Position numbers and translations under genes: made by a program. From Dehalococcoidia bacterium (lineage in GTDB: Bacteria; Chloroflexota; Dehalococcoidia; GIF9; AB-539-J10): a stretch of 64,000 bases of DNA. The stretch lies in contig JAXGQG010000005.1 of assembly GCA_040766535.1 (NCBI GenBank), positions 12,129 through 76,128 on the forward strand, in the 5' to 3' direction. The notes below the pieces were generated by a model, which saw only the letters and a list, made by a program, of their open reading frames with translations, was not told where the DNA came from and made no database searches. Positions 36,541 through 48,794 of this stretch are shown here, piece after piece. The first letter of the stretch is position 1, and the number at the start of each line of letters is the position of its first letter.

Positions 36541-38466
36541 CTACAGACTGCAGCCCAGTTCCCAGCCCTGCCGTATCGCGTCGCCGATGAGACCGGGTTC
36601 GGTGCAGTCGCCGATCGTGTACACCTCGGCAACCTTGCCTGAGAGGGCCTGCCACAAGGCGGTGTCCCGTGAGGACCCGGCGGCCAGCACAATCGTGTCT
36701 GCCGGCAGGTCCACGGGCTCACCGCTGGACTTGCGAACGGTGATGCCACCCCGGCGCGCGCCCACGTAACTCACCCCCGGCATCAGGGTTACCCCCTTCT
36801 GCACCAGTCGTTCGAGCAGGAACTGGCGCAGCGACGGACCGATGCTGGTGGCCATGTGCAGCCCTCGTCTGGTGACCGTAACCATTCGTCCTCGTTCAGC
36901 GAGAAACTCCGCGGTCTCGCAGCCCACCAGTTCGCCTCCTATCACCACCACCCTGCGACCCACAGGCACCGCGCCGTTCAGGACGGCCGTTGCCTCTACC
37001 GCGCCGGCCGCTTCGATACCCGGAACGTCGGGCAGGACCTGCCGTGGTCCACAGGCGACGATGAGCACATCCGGACGGGCCGCGAGCACCGATTCCTCTG
37101 TAGCCTCGCGCTGCAGTTCCACCACAACACCCGCACGCCCAGCCTCCCTGGTGAGGTAGCTGGTCAACGCGCGGATCCGGTCCTTATGCGGAGGAACTGC
37201 CGCAGCCGTGAGTTGTCCACCGAGGACGCCGCGGCGCTCCCAGAGAGTCACCGCGTGGCCGCGCCTGGCCGCGGCCGCCGCCGCCGCCAGTCCCGCGGGT
37301 CCACCGCCGACAATCAGCACTCTCCTGGGAGACGATGTCTCGTCAGGGCACGCCGGCTCGTGATCCCGGCCCAGTCGAGGATTAACCTGGCAGGAGATGC
37401 CCGTCACCGCCGGAGACATGAGCGTATCGCGGCAGTGCATACACACGATGCAGGGGACGATACGGTCGTCGTGCCCGGCTGCCAGCTTCGCCGGCATGTA
37501 CGGGTCCGCCAGCAAGCCTTTCCCGACCGCGATGAGATCCGCAGTGCCTGCCGCAAGCATGCTCTCGGCCGCCTCTGGGGTTATTCGGCCGACTGCGATG
37601 ACCGGCACAGAGAGCGAGCCCTTCATGGCCGCAGCCAGGTCTTCGATTACCGCGGGCCTGAAAACCGCCGTGGTACGATTCGTGGGCGTGGTGGGACCGT
37701 ATGCGGACACGTGGATGGCGGCGGCGCCGGCGCGTTCCGCCAGTTGCGCCACCTGCAGCGCCTCCTCAAGGGTTGTCCCTCCTTCGACGCCATACTCGCG
37801 GCCGTTCATTCTCACCCAGACAGGCAAGCCCGGACCGGTGGCGGCCCGCACGTTCCGAAGCAACTCCACCAGGAACCTGGCGCGGTTCTCGATGCTCCCA
37901 CCATACGCGTCCGTGCGCCGGTTCGAGGCCGGCGAGATGAACTGGTCGACGAGATACGCGTGCGCGCCGTGTATCTCGATGGCGCTGAAACCCGCCTCTT
38001 GAGCCCTCACCGCAGCCCGAACAAACGACTGGACCACGGACTCAATCTCGCTCTCGCTGAGTGCATGAGGGACATCTCCTCCAGTGGCTGCCAGAGGCGA
38101 CGGCGCCACCGGCTGCACACCCGTGACGGCGGACTTCGCCATACGCCCACCATGGTGCAGCTGGATGGCGGGGACACAACCATGGCGTTTGATGACGCCG
38201 GCCAGTTCACGCAGCCCCGGGACGAGATCGTCGTTGTAGATGCCCAGTTGGTTCACGAACACCTGTCCCACCGGAGCGACGTAGGTGGCCTCAACGATGG
38301 CAAGGCCGACACCGCCGCGTGCGCGGGTTTCATAGTGGGCCTTGAGCCTCTCGGTCACCGTGCCACGTTCACCGGCATACTGCGTGGTAATGGGCGCGAA
38401 CACCAGCCGGTTCCTCAGCGACAGCGGTCCAAGTCGGAATGGTTCCAGTGCTCGCCGTATCGTCAT
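36541..38466 (-). CDS. NADH:flavin oxidoreductase (OYE TIM barrel) fused to FAD/NAD(P)-binding domain; 2,4-dienoyl-CoA/2-enoate reductase family
   Basis: N-terminal OYE pattern (LRNRLVFAPITT, IQLHHGGR), a Cys cluster CIVCMHC...C, and a dinucleotide motif VLIVGGGPAGLAAA. Confidence 0.85.
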   Translation of the reverse strand: MTIRRALEPFRLGPLSLRNRLVFAPITTQYAGERGTVTERLKAHYETRARGGVGLAIVEATYVAPVGQVFVNQLGIYNDDLVPGLRELAGVIKRHGCVPAIQLHHGGRMAKSAVTGVQPVAPSPLAATGGDVPHALSESEIESVVQSFVRAAVRAQEAGFSAIEIHGAHAYLVDQFISPASNRRTDAYGGSIENRARFLVELLRNVRAATGPGLPVWVRMNGREYGVEGGTTLEEALQVAQLAERAGAAAIHVSAYGPTTPTNRTTAVFRPAVIEDLAAAMKGSLSVPVIAVGRITPEAAESMLAAGTADLIAVGKGLLADPYMPAKLAAGHDDRIVPCIVCMHCRDTLMSPAVTGISCQVNPRLGRDHEPACPDETSSPRRVLIVGGGPAGLAAAAAAARRGHAVTLWERRGVLGGQLTAAAVPPHKDRIRALTSYLTREAGRAGVVVELQREATEESVLAARPDVLIVACGPRQVLPDVPGIEAAGAVEATAVLNGAVPVGRRVVVIGGELVGCETAEFLAERGRMVTVTRRGLHMATSIGPSLRQFLLERLVQKGVTLMPGVSYVGARRGGITVRKSSGEPVDLPADTIVLAAGSSRDTALWQALSGKVAEVYTIGDCTEPGLIGDAIRQGWELGCSL

Positions 38467-38488
38467 CTTCGCTCCTTCTCGCCGTCAC

Positions 38489-39430
38489 CTAAAGGTCGAG
38501 GTGCGCGCCCGGGAAGTCCCGATGACCTCTCAGGAACTCCTCGGCCGTGACCTCTCGCTTGCCTTCGAGCTGGACGCTCCGGAGCGCCAGCACGCCATCT
38601 CCCGTGACCACGCCTACATGGTCGGGCCGCGGCAATGGGACAACGGTACCGGGAGGCTCCGATGCCGCCGCCGGCGCCGGGACCGCGCCGATGATCTTGA
38701 GGCGCAGACCCTTCCACGCCGTGTAGCTGCCGGGCCACGGATTGTAGGCCCGGACCTGCCGGGCAATCACCTCGGCCGGCAGCATCCATTCTATCCTGCC
38801 GTCCTTCGCACTGATGCGCGCGCTGCAGGTAGCTTCGGAGCCATGCTGCGGACGCGGGACTGCCCGGCCATCCAGCCAGTCACGCACCGTCCTCAGCAGC
38901 AGTGTCGACCCCAGTTCGGCCAGTGTCCGCGTCAGCGTGCCGGTGGTATCATCAGCACCGATGCTGATACGCTCCTGGCTCAGAATCGGCCCGGTATCAA
39001 GTCCGCTGTCCATGAGCATGATCGACACGCCGGTCTCGCGGTCGCCATTCAGAAGGGCCGCGGCCACCGGTGACGGTCCTCTATATCGGGGTAGAAGCGA
39101 GGGATGCACGTTGAGACATCCGCGAGGCGGAATGGAGAGGACCTCTGGCGGCAACAGGTACGCAAAGGCAGCCACCACCACGAGGTCAGGCCGCAACCCT
39201 CGCAGCTCCTGGATCGCCGCCTCCTCACGAAGGCTGACAGGCTGCACCACGTGCAATCCGGCGGCGGTCGCCGCAATCTTCACGGGCGATGGCATCACCT
39301 GCCGTCCACGGCCCGCAGGGCGGTCGGGGCGCGTGTACACCGCCACCACGTCATACGTGCCCTCTACGAGTGACTTGAGTACGGGAACCCCAAAGTCAGG
39401 GGTCCCCATGAATACGATTCGTTCGTTCAC
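38489..39430 (-). CDS. fmt: methionyl-tRNA formyltransferase
   Basis: RIVFMGTPDF, NVHPSLLPRYRG, C-terminal beta-barrel domain. GTG start. Confidence 0.9.
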   Translation of the reverse strand: MNERIVFMGTPDFGVPVLKSLVEGTYDVVAVYTRPDRPAGRGRQVMPSPVKIAATAAGLHVVQPVSLREEAAIQELRGLRPDLVVVAAFAYLLPPEVLSIPPRGCLNVHPSLLPRYRGPSPVAAALLNGDRETGVSIMLMDSGLDTGPILSQERISIGADDTTGTLTRTLAELGSTLLLRTVRDWLDGRAVPRPQHGSEATCSARISAKDGRIEWMLPAEVIARQVRAYNPWPGSYTAWKGLRLKIIGAVPAPAAASEPPGTVVPLPRPDHVGVVTGDGVLALRSVQLEGKREVTAEEFLRGHRDFPGAHLDL

Positions 39431-39620
39431 GTGTGGGACATTTTCGAGGATTTGTCCCGTTTATGTCAAAGGTTCCCTAGAGAAGGCAAGACCCCTTCGG
39501 TAGACTGACATCCATGCTGGTTACCCCCTCCGATCCGAGACCGATTCTTACTCTTCTGTCCTAGTTTCTTCCCTGTCTTTCGTCTTTGATGTACTGCGTC
39601 TTTGTGATGCTATTGGAGGT
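39431..39620. other. fmt-dnaA intergenic region, candidate replication-origin/dnaA control region
   Basis: Visibly less GC-rich than its surroundings. A roughly 60-nt pyrimidine-rich tract (about 39545-39606) carries the direct repeat CGTCTTTG. I found no canonical TTATCCACA box by eye. Confidence 0.25.
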
Positions 39621-40964
39621 GTGTTGGAGTCGACGCGAGAAATCTGGCAGAAGGCGTTGGGCGAGCTCCAAACGCAAGTAAGCCGTGCCAATTACAATAC
39701 GTGGCTGCGCGACAGCCATGGAGTGTCATATGAGAACGGCGTGTTCGTGGTGGGCACCCCGAGCGCCTTCGTGGCCGAATGGCTCACGAAGCGCCTGCAC
39801 TCACTGGTGCGCAAGACCCTCACGCACGTGACCGGGGCCGAGACGGATGTGCAGTTCGTGGTCCGCGAATCCCCCTCCGCCCCTCGACGGCCTCAGCTCA
39901 GTTCGGCGTTCGCCGATGGCGCCGCTGTGACGGCCTCACCTGCCTGTACCGAGAACAACGGCGCCTGCCGTTTCACGTTCGATAACTTCATCGTGGGCGC
40001 GTGTAACCGTCTCGCATTCGCGACTGCTGTAGAAACCGCGGAGAACCCGCTCAACACCTTCAACCCACTGTACGTCTACGGAGGCACCGGGCAGGGCAAG
40101 ACCCATCTTCTCCAGGCGATTGCAGTCAGCGCGCGGCAGAGGGAGCGCGAGGTGCTGTACATGACAGCCGAGCGCTTCACCGATGAATTCGTCATGGCGG
40201 TCAAACAGAAGCGCGTCGAGGAGTTCCACGAGCGTTTCAGGTCGCTCTCTCTCTTCCTGTTCGACGACATTCAATTCCTGGCTAACAAGAGGCAAACGCA
40301 GCAGTGCTTCTATCACATATTCGACGAACTGCATCAGCGGAACTGTCAGATCGCCGTGGCCGGTGACAACCATCCTCGTGAGATGCCGATGCTGGGAGAG
40401 AAGCTCAGGAGCCGTCTCGAAAGCGGCATGGTTGCCTGCATCCAGGCTCCCGATCTGGAATCGCGGCTGGCCTTCCTTGAAGCGAAAGCTCAAGAATCGG
40501 ACATCGTGCTACCTCCGGACGCGCTGAAGCTCCTGGCTGAGGAGGTGCGTGGCAATATGCGGCAGCTCGAGGGCGCCATCGTCTATCTCTCGGCGCAGGC
40601 GCGCCTCACCGGTGAGGCAATCAATGCACGGACTGTCCACAGACTGCTCACAAGTGTTACCTCAACCGGAGAGAGCCGGTGCATCCTCCAGGCGGTGGCC
40701 GAGGTATTCGATGTCTCGGTGGAGGATCTCCTGGGGAAGAAGCGCGACAAGAAGACCTCGCTCGCACGCCATGCGGCAATGTATTTGATGAGGAAGACCA
40801 CTTCGTGCTCGTTCGCCGACATCGGCAAGGAACTGGGCGACCGCAACCACGCCACCATACTCCACGGCTACAACAAGATACTGACGGAACTGGCCGACAA
40901 CCCGCGCCTCGAGAAGCAACTCGCCCGTGTGGTCGAGCAATTGCCATCATCCAAGACTGCGTGA
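39621..40964 (+). CDS. dnaA: chromosomal replication initiator protein DnaA
   Basis: EIWQKALGELQ...NYNTWL, Walker A YGGTGQGKTHLL, Walker B LFLFDDIQFL, and the domain IV HTH (DRNHATILHGYNKI). GTG/TTG start next to GGAGG. Confidence 0.95.
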   Translation: MLESTREIWQKALGELQTQVSRANYNTWLRDSHGVSYENGVFVVGTPSAFVAEWLTKRLHSLVRKTLTHVTGAETDVQFVVRESPSAPRRPQLSSAFADGAAVTASPACTENNGACRFTFDNFIVGACNRLAFATAVETAENPLNTFNPLYVYGGTGQGKTHLLQAIAVSARQREREVLYMTAERFTDEFVMAVKQKRVEEFHERFRSLSLFLFDDIQFLANKRQTQQCFYHIFDELHQRNCQIAVAGDNHPREMPMLGEKLRSRLESGMVACIQAPDLESRLAFLEAKAQESDIVLPPDALKLLAEEVRGNMRQLEGAIVYLSAQARLTGEAINARTVHRLLTSVTSTGESRCILQAVAEVFDVSVEDLLGKKRDKKTSLARHAAMYLMRKTTSCSFADIGKELGDRNHATILHGYNKILTELADNPRLEKQLARVVEQLPSSKTA

Positions 40965-41143
40965 ACAGTCTGTTGATAATCTCCCACCTGTTCTCCCCCT
41001 CCCTGTCGACAAATCACACGTGTTCAATGAGAATATGTGCCCGCACCATACGTGGCTGTTGACTCTGGCCTCGTGGGTGGTGGTCGCGTTACTACTATCC
41101 TTACGACTGATATAATCCCTACTCTCTTCTGTTTCCAGTTAAG

Positions 41144-41754
41144 ATGGTCAGAACAATGAGACTGGGAATCCTCGGAGGAACGTTCGATCCGGTTCACGCC
41201 GGGCACATATTTGTGGCCGAAGAGGCGAGGATTCGGCTGAGCCTGGACAAGGTGCTGTTCATCCCGGCGGGAAATCCGTGGCTCAAAGTGTATCGCACCA
41301 TCACGCCGGCTGTGCACCGCGTTGAGATGGTCCGGCTCGCTATAGCCAAGCATCAACACTTTGAATTGTCCACAATGGAAGTGGACAGAGGTGGTCCATC
41401 CTACACAGTGGATACCCTGCAGGAACTGAGACGGCGCGAGGAATACGAGGACCTCTATCTGCTGCTCGGCCTCGACAGCTTCGTGGAATTGCCGTTGTGG
41501 CGGGACGCTGAACGTCTGGTGACGCTATGCAAGCTGGTAGTGGTTCCGCGATATGGCAACAGCCTGCCGGAGCTGGATGAGGTGGCGCGCAGACTGAAGG
41601 GACTGTCTGAGGAGAATGTGCTGGTGCTGGATTCGCCGATGATCGGCATCAGCTCTTCCGGCATACGCGACCGCGTGTCGCGCGGACTGCCCATCGACTA
41701 TCTGGTTCCTGGCGAGGTTGAGCGGTACATCATTGCCCACGGACTCTACCGCGC

Positions 41755-41761
<7 letters not shown>
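41144..41761 (+). CDS. nadD: nicotinate-nucleotide adenylyltransferase
   Basis: LGILGGTFDPVHAGH and the ISSSGIR motif. The true start may be the ATG at 41156 (MRLGILGG). Confidence 0.9.
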
Positions 41762-43864
<2,103 letters not shown>

Positions 43865-44005
43865 CTAGGTTTGCACCCAACTGGAAGAGACAGTAGACGC
43901 TTTCCGGTTGAGAGTGACCTTCAAGCGACAGTGTCGAAGCTGGCCACACAGCCAGAGTATAGCACAAGAGGGACCGCCCAGCTATGAACTACGGGTCCGG
44001 GAGCC

Positions 44006-45259
44006 TCAGGCCCGCGTGAAGTAGGCTGGAAGCGATGCCATCTCGACGGTGACCTGCTCGTTGGCGGCCATATCGCGCACCACAGCTTCGCCTCGCTGCA
44101 CCTCGTCATCTCCGAGGATGACCACGTAGCGAACGCCGAGGGAATTGGCCTGACGCAACTGAGCCTTGAGGCTCTTTGCACCAGTCGAAGCCAGCACGCC
44201 GATATGCTGACCGCGTAGCGCGGCGGCGAGCGTCACCGAGGCGGCGCGGGCTGCATCTCCGATGTGGGCGAGGTACACGGCAGGTGCGGTCAGCGGCGGC
44301 ACTTCCAACGCCTGCTCGCGGAGGTTCAGTATGATGCGCTCGATGCCGGTGGCGAAACCGACCCCGGGGGTAGGATGGCCGCCGATCTGCTCGATGAGAC
44401 CGTCGTACCTTCCTCCCCCGACGATTGCACTCTGACCGCCCTCACGCTGCGGCAGTATCTCGAACACGGTCTTCGTGTAGTAGTCCAGCCCGCGTACCAG
44501 CTTGTGGTTCAGCGTGAACGGCACTCCGAGGAGCCTGAGCTGCGCCTGCACTTCCTGAAAATGCTCCTGGCATGCCGGGCACAGATAGTCCGATATGCGC
44601 GGCGCCTCGTCGGCGATGATCTTGCACGCGGGTTCCTTGCAATCCAACAGCCGCAACGGGTTGCGGACCATCCTGACGCGGCAGTCGTCGCACACCTGGG
44701 CCACGAGCCCCTGATAGTGCTGGCGCAGGATCTCGACGTACCGGGGCTGGCACTCTCGGCATCCGATGCTGTTGAGCAGCACCGAGAGTTGTTTCAGTCC
44801 AAGGGAGGTCAGGAATCCCAGGGCCAGCTCGATGACCTCCACATCCAGGCTCGGGGACGGGTCGCCGAGTGCCTCGCAGCCGAACTGATGGTGTTGACGG
44901 TACCGGCCCGCCTGCGGCCGCTCATAGCGGAACGTGGGTCCGATGTAGTACAGCCGAACCGGCTGAGGCAGATTGCCCATGCCGTGCTCGACATAGGCGC
45001 GGCAGACCGGGGCGGTGTTCTCCGCGCGCAGCGTCAACTTCTGACCGCTTCGGTCCTCGAAGACGTACATCTCCTTCTCGACAAGATCGGTGCCGCCTGC
45101 GTCCGCGCGTGCGAACAGCCCGTAGTCCTCGAAGACCGGCGTATCGATACGCTCGTAGCCATAGAGTCGACATACTTCGGCGGCGCGCTGCTGGACGTGA
45201 GCCCAGTACGCCTGATCGGCCGGCAGTATGTCGACTGTTCCTCTAGGTGCCCTGTACAC
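44006..45259 (-). CDS. hisS: histidyl-tRNA synthetase
   Basis: PRGT.D, class II motifs (RYERPQAGRYRQHHQ, GGGRYD, GFATGIERI), and the anticodon-binding C-terminus. Confidence 0.95.
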   Translation of the reverse strand: MYRAPRGTVDILPADQAYWAHVQQRAAEVCRLYGYERIDTPVFEDYGLFARADAGGTDLVEKEMYVFEDRSGQKLTLRAENTAPVCRAYVEHGMGNLPQPVRLYYIGPTFRYERPQAGRYRQHHQFGCEALGDPSPSLDVEVIELALGFLTSLGLKQLSVLLNSIGCRECQPRYVEILRQHYQGLVAQVCDDCRVRMVRNPLRLLDCKEPACKIIADEAPRISDYLCPACQEHFQEVQAQLRLLGVPFTLNHKLVRGLDYYTKTVFEILPQREGGQSAIVGGGRYDGLIEQIGGHPTPGVGFATGIERIILNLREQALEVPPLTAPAVYLAHIGDAARAASVTLAAALRGQHIGVLASTGAKSLKAQLRQANSLGVRYVVILGDDEVQRGEAVVRDMAANEQVTVEMASLPAYFTRA

Positions 45260-45295
45260 AGTCAGTTGCGCTCCTTCCTGGTGAGACCCCGAGAA

Positions 45296-45904
45296 CTAGG
45301 CGACCGCCTTCATGCCGCGTGCGAGCGCCTTGTAGTTCAGCTCGAGACGGTCGGGCGGCAGGTTCTCCTGCAACTCCGCCTTGATGTCATCCTCGGTCAG
45401 CGTCAACTGGCCGGTGCCAAGGAGAGCGCCTACCATGACGATGTTCATGGCAATGGGAGCCTTCAGGTCCAGGGCGATGCTGGTCGCATCTATGAACCAG
45501 GCCTTCTTGCACAGGGCTTTCACCGCGTTCTTCAGTTCTTCCATATCCGGATATGTCTCTCGGTTGGCGGACACGCCTGCCGGGACCACCGGGTAGATGT
45601 TGCTGATGCAGACCGTTCCCGGATTGGCGTACCGCTGGACCATTCGAAGCGTCTCGAGCGGCTCCAGTCCAAGGATGAGGTGGGCCTTGCCCTCGGGCAT
45701 CAGGGGCCCGTACTCACGTTTCTTCGAGATGCGCACGGCGCTGAAGACCGCGCCGCCGCGCTGCGCAGCGCCGAACGTCTCGCCGATGGTGGCGAAATAG
45801 CCCTTCTTCAGGTACGCGCCGCCGACCATGCCGGAGAGCAGGATGTTGCCCTGGCCGCCGACGCCGCAGATGATGAGATTCAAGGGATCAGCAGAGATAG
45901 CCAT
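45296..45904 (-). CDS. iorB: indolepyruvate/2-oxoacid:ferredoxin oxidoreductase beta (gamma-domain) subunit
   Basis: LNLIICGVGGQGNILLS...GETFGAAQRGG. The ATG overlaps the iorA stop (TAATG). Confidence 0.85.
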   Translation of the reverse strand: MAISADPLNLIICGVGGQGNILLSGMVGGAYLKKGYFATIGETFGAAQRGGAVFSAVRISKKREYGPLMPEGKAHLILGLEPLETLRMVQRYANPGTVCISNIYPVVPAGVSANRETYPDMEELKNAVKALCKKAWFIDATSIALDLKAPIAMNIVMVGALLGTGQLTLTEDDIKAELQENLPPDRLELNYKALARGMKAVA

Positions 45905-47817
45905 TATGCTCGTTCCTCCTTCACGATCGCCTTGTTCGGGCACAGGTCGGCACACAGCCCGCAGTAGGCACAGAGAGCCGGCTGGATCTTGGCCTTTCCC
46001 GTCTCCCTGTCATAGCCGATTCCTGGACACTGGAGGGTGCGATAGCAGAAGCCACACTTATCGCCCTTGCACTTCTCGGTATCCACCCACACGTTGTAGG
46101 GGTAGCTCCTCTCCTGGCGCATGCGCAGCAATTCGCACTTGCGCCGCAGGATGAGGACCTTGACGCCGCCTTCGTCCTTCATCAGCTCAACGAGCTTGGC
46201 GGTCACCCCCTTGGTGTCGAAGGCGTCGACCACCTCGACGCGGCACCCCAGCGTGCGGCACAGCTCCTCAGCGCTGACCGTAAGGGTGGGCTCCTGCGTG
46301 GCGGTCCGTCCGCTTCCCGCATGCGGCTGGAAGCCGGTCATCGCCGTGATGGAGTTATCGAGGATGACGGCGACCATGTTGGACTTGTTGTAGAGGGCGT
46401 TTACCAGCGGTGTGATGGAGGCATGGAAGAACGTGGAATCGCCACAGATACTGATGACCGGCTGTTCGAAGCCGAACTGCTTGAGCTGGCCGAAGCCGCA
46501 ACCCTCGCCCAGGCCGCCGCCCATGCAGTGCAGCACATTGGTGACCTGCGGGCCGTCCGGGAACGCGTCCATGGTGTAGCAGCCGATGTCGCTGGTCACA
46601 ACCGCGTTCCGGCCATCGCGCTTGATGGCGTTCTTGATGGCGAAGAAGCTGGCCCTGTGAGGACATCCCGGGCACCAGATCAGGCCACGGCTCACCACCA
46701 TCTTTCCGAGAATGCTGTCGACCTTCGCCTGATACTCAGGAGCCCGCGCGTGGTACTCCATGTCGAAGATCTTGCACAACGCGGCGATGACCCTGTCGGG
46801 GTTATTCTCGCCGACGTAGCTGATGTGGCCGGAGCCCCGGCCCAGTATCTCGGGGGCCTCAGGAAGCCTGGCATCCGCCAGCGCCGCCTTCGCGTGTGTC
46901 TCGACGTAGGGGTCGACTTCTTCCACGACAAGGACCCGTTTCGCCTTCTTCATGTAGGAGACTACGAGCCGCGAAGGGAACGGCCAGAGCGTGCCCAGCT
47001 TCAGTATGCCGACCTTGCGGCTGAGCTTGAGTTCCTCGACGGCGTCGCGCGAACACGGGGCGCCACTGCCGCAGCAGATGATGAGCAGTTCCGGCCTGGC
47101 GGGACCCTCGTAGCTGTTGAACGGCGACTTCTCGAACCGTTCGCGTATCTGCGCCATCTTCTCCACGAGGATGGCGTGCTTCGGCGGCGCGATGTACGGA
47201 GTGAACATCTTGGACCGGTCGTACTTCGCTGTCCGCGTGGCCTTCTGATACTCGCCCACCACCACCTTGCCGCGTGCGTGCGCCAGCCGGGTGTAGTCGC
47301 GAAGCCAGCAGAATATGGAGAACTCCTCCGAGAGGTCGAAGAGGTACTTCGTCATCTCGTACGCTTCCTGGAAGTTGGACGGTTCCATCAGCGGGGCGTT
47401 GGCCATCTGCGCCACCCACCGAGTGTCCTCTTCGTCACCGCTGGCATGCGATTGCGGGTCGTCTGCGACTACCACGAGCATGGCTCCGTGCTGGTCTCCC
47501 AGCGTGGCGAGGTTGATGTGCTGCAACGTGTCCATCGCCACATTGAGTCCGGCATTCTTCATGGAGCTGATCGAGCGGAGGCCCGCGTATGCCGCGGCGA
47601 GCGCCGCCTCGGTGGCCACCTTCTCGTTACTGGACCACTCAGTATGCAGTCCCGCTTCCTTGGCCACTCCGGCGAGGGTGGTCAGAATCTCGGTGGAAGG
47701 CGTCCCGGGGTAGGCAGCGCAGTACTGCACCCCCGCCTCCAGCGCTCCCCGCGCGATAGCCTCGTTTCCCTGGAGCAGGTTCTGCGAGCCGCTAGCTAGT
47801 TGCGCCAGACTTGGCAT
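45904..47817 (-). CDS. iorA: indolepyruvate:ferredoxin oxidoreductase alpha subunit (TPP and 2x[4Fe-4S])
   Basis: N-terminal LLQGNEAIARGALEAGV..AAYPGTPSTEI, TPP region GDSTFFH, and C-terminal ferredoxin-like Cys clusters (C..C...CP / CAYCGLCADLCP). Confidence 0.85.
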   Translation of the reverse strand: MPSLAQLASGSQNLLQGNEAIARGALEAGVQYCAAYPGTPSTEILTTLAGVAKEAGLHTEWSSNEKVATEAALAAAYAGLRSISSMKNAGLNVAMDTLQHINLATLGDQHGAMLVVVADDPQSHASGDEEDTRWVAQMANAPLMEPSNFQEAYEMTKYLFDLSEEFSIFCWLRDYTRLAHARGKVVVGEYQKATRTAKYDRSKMFTPYIAPPKHAILVEKMAQIRERFEKSPFNSYEGPARPELLIICCGSGAPCSRDAVEELKLSRKVGILKLGTLWPFPSRLVVSYMKKAKRVLVVEEVDPYVETHAKAALADARLPEAPEILGRGSGHISYVGENNPDRVIAALCKIFDMEYHARAPEYQAKVDSILGKMVVSRGLIWCPGCPHRASFFAIKNAIKRDGRNAVVTSDIGCYTMDAFPDGPQVTNVLHCMGGGLGEGCGFGQLKQFGFEQPVISICGDSTFFHASITPLVNALYNKSNMVAVILDNSITAMTGFQPHAGSGRTATQEPTLTVSAEELCRTLGCRVEVVDAFDTKGVTAKLVELMKDEGGVKVLILRRKCELLRMRQERSYPYNVWVDTEKCKGDKCGFCYRTLQCPGIGYDRETGKAKIQPALCAYCGLCADLCPNKAIVKEERA

Positions 47818-47878
47818 ATTGTCCCCCTATTCATCACGTGATTCTCCCACATGGTCCACGCGCCCGAGGGCACGCGTG

Positions 47879-48667
47879 CTATTCAAAGGATACCGATACC
47901 GAGCCCAGGCGATCGAAGGACGCCCTCAAGCAGGAACCGGCCTCCACAGTCACCGCCTGGACGAGGCTCCCTGACATGACGAATTCGCCCTTCTTCAAGG
48001 TGATGCCGTACTCGGTGAGCTTGTTCGCCAGCCACGCCACTGACTGAGCCGGGTTGCCCAGCACCGCCGCTCCCGCCCCCGTGCTCACCAGGAGGCCGTT
48101 CTTCTCGAGGACCATGCCCACGTAGCGCAGATCCAGGTCCTTGATCGGCGTGAGCTTGCCCCCGAGGATCATGACACCCGCGGAAGCGTTATCGGAGATG
48201 GAATCCTTGACGGTGATCTTCCAGTCTCTATAGCGGCTGTCGATGACCTCGAACGCGGGCATGACGCCCTCGGTGGCCTCGATGACGTTTGCCACGTTGA
48301 CGCTGGGCCCCTTGAGGTCCTCCTTGAGCAGGAAAGCTATCTCTGGCTCGATCCTGGGAAGAATGAGGCTGCTCATCGGTATGGGGGCGCCCTCTCGAGC
48401 GACCATCCGGTCGGTGATCATGCCGTAATCAGGCTCTCGAATCCCGAACTGGTCCTGCATCGCCTTGCTGGTGAGCCCGATCTTCTTGCCGACGATGACG
48501 GCTCCGCTCTTCACGTACGTGTCAAACGTCCTTAACTGGATGGCGTAGGCATCCTCGTACGATACATCGGGGAAGCGTTCCGTGAGAGCCTGGATGGGAA
48601 CGCGGCTCTTCTCGGCGTTGATGAGTTCAGCGGAAACCTGGGCAACCTGTTCCTTACTGAGAGCCAT
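47879..48667 (-). CDS. 2-keto-4-pentenoate hydratase / 2-oxohepta-3-ene-1,7-dioate hydratase family (MhpD/HpcG/XylJ-like)
   Basis: ATG at 48667 follows GAAGGAGG. Has AYAIQ, VGKKIGLTS, EPEIAF, and a C-terminal G.FVMSGS pattern. Confidence 0.75.
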   Translation of the reverse strand: MALSKEQVAQVSAELINAEKSRVPIQALTERFPDVSYEDAYAIQLRTFDTYVKSGAVIVGKKIGLTSKAMQDQFGIREPDYGMITDRMVAREGAPIPMSSLILPRIEPEIAFLLKEDLKGPSVNVANVIEATEGVMPAFEVIDSRYRDWKITVKDSISDNASAGVMILGGKLTPIKDLDLRYVGMVLEKNGLLVSTGAGAAVLGNPAQSVAWLANKLTEYGITLKKGEFVMSGSLVQAVTVEAGSCLRASFDRLGSVSVSFE

Positions 48668-48794
48668 ACTGCCTCCTTCACGCCGGAGTACGCGATGCGT
48701 GCCGGCGCACGGCGTATTGTACCAGACCGGTGAAGGGCACATAAGGAGCTCGCGTGGTTGTAGCGGAGGGAATGAAGGGCGAAGAAGAGGAAAG

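Noticed and set aside
40971-40979. TGTTGATAA, one mismatch from the reverse DnaA box TGTGGATAA, just after the dnaA stop. Also TTGTCCACA at 41366..41374.
   Set aside because: These are single isolated near-matches, one of them inside the nadD coding sequence. They are expected by chance and are not a box cluster, so they are not annotated as DnaA boxes.
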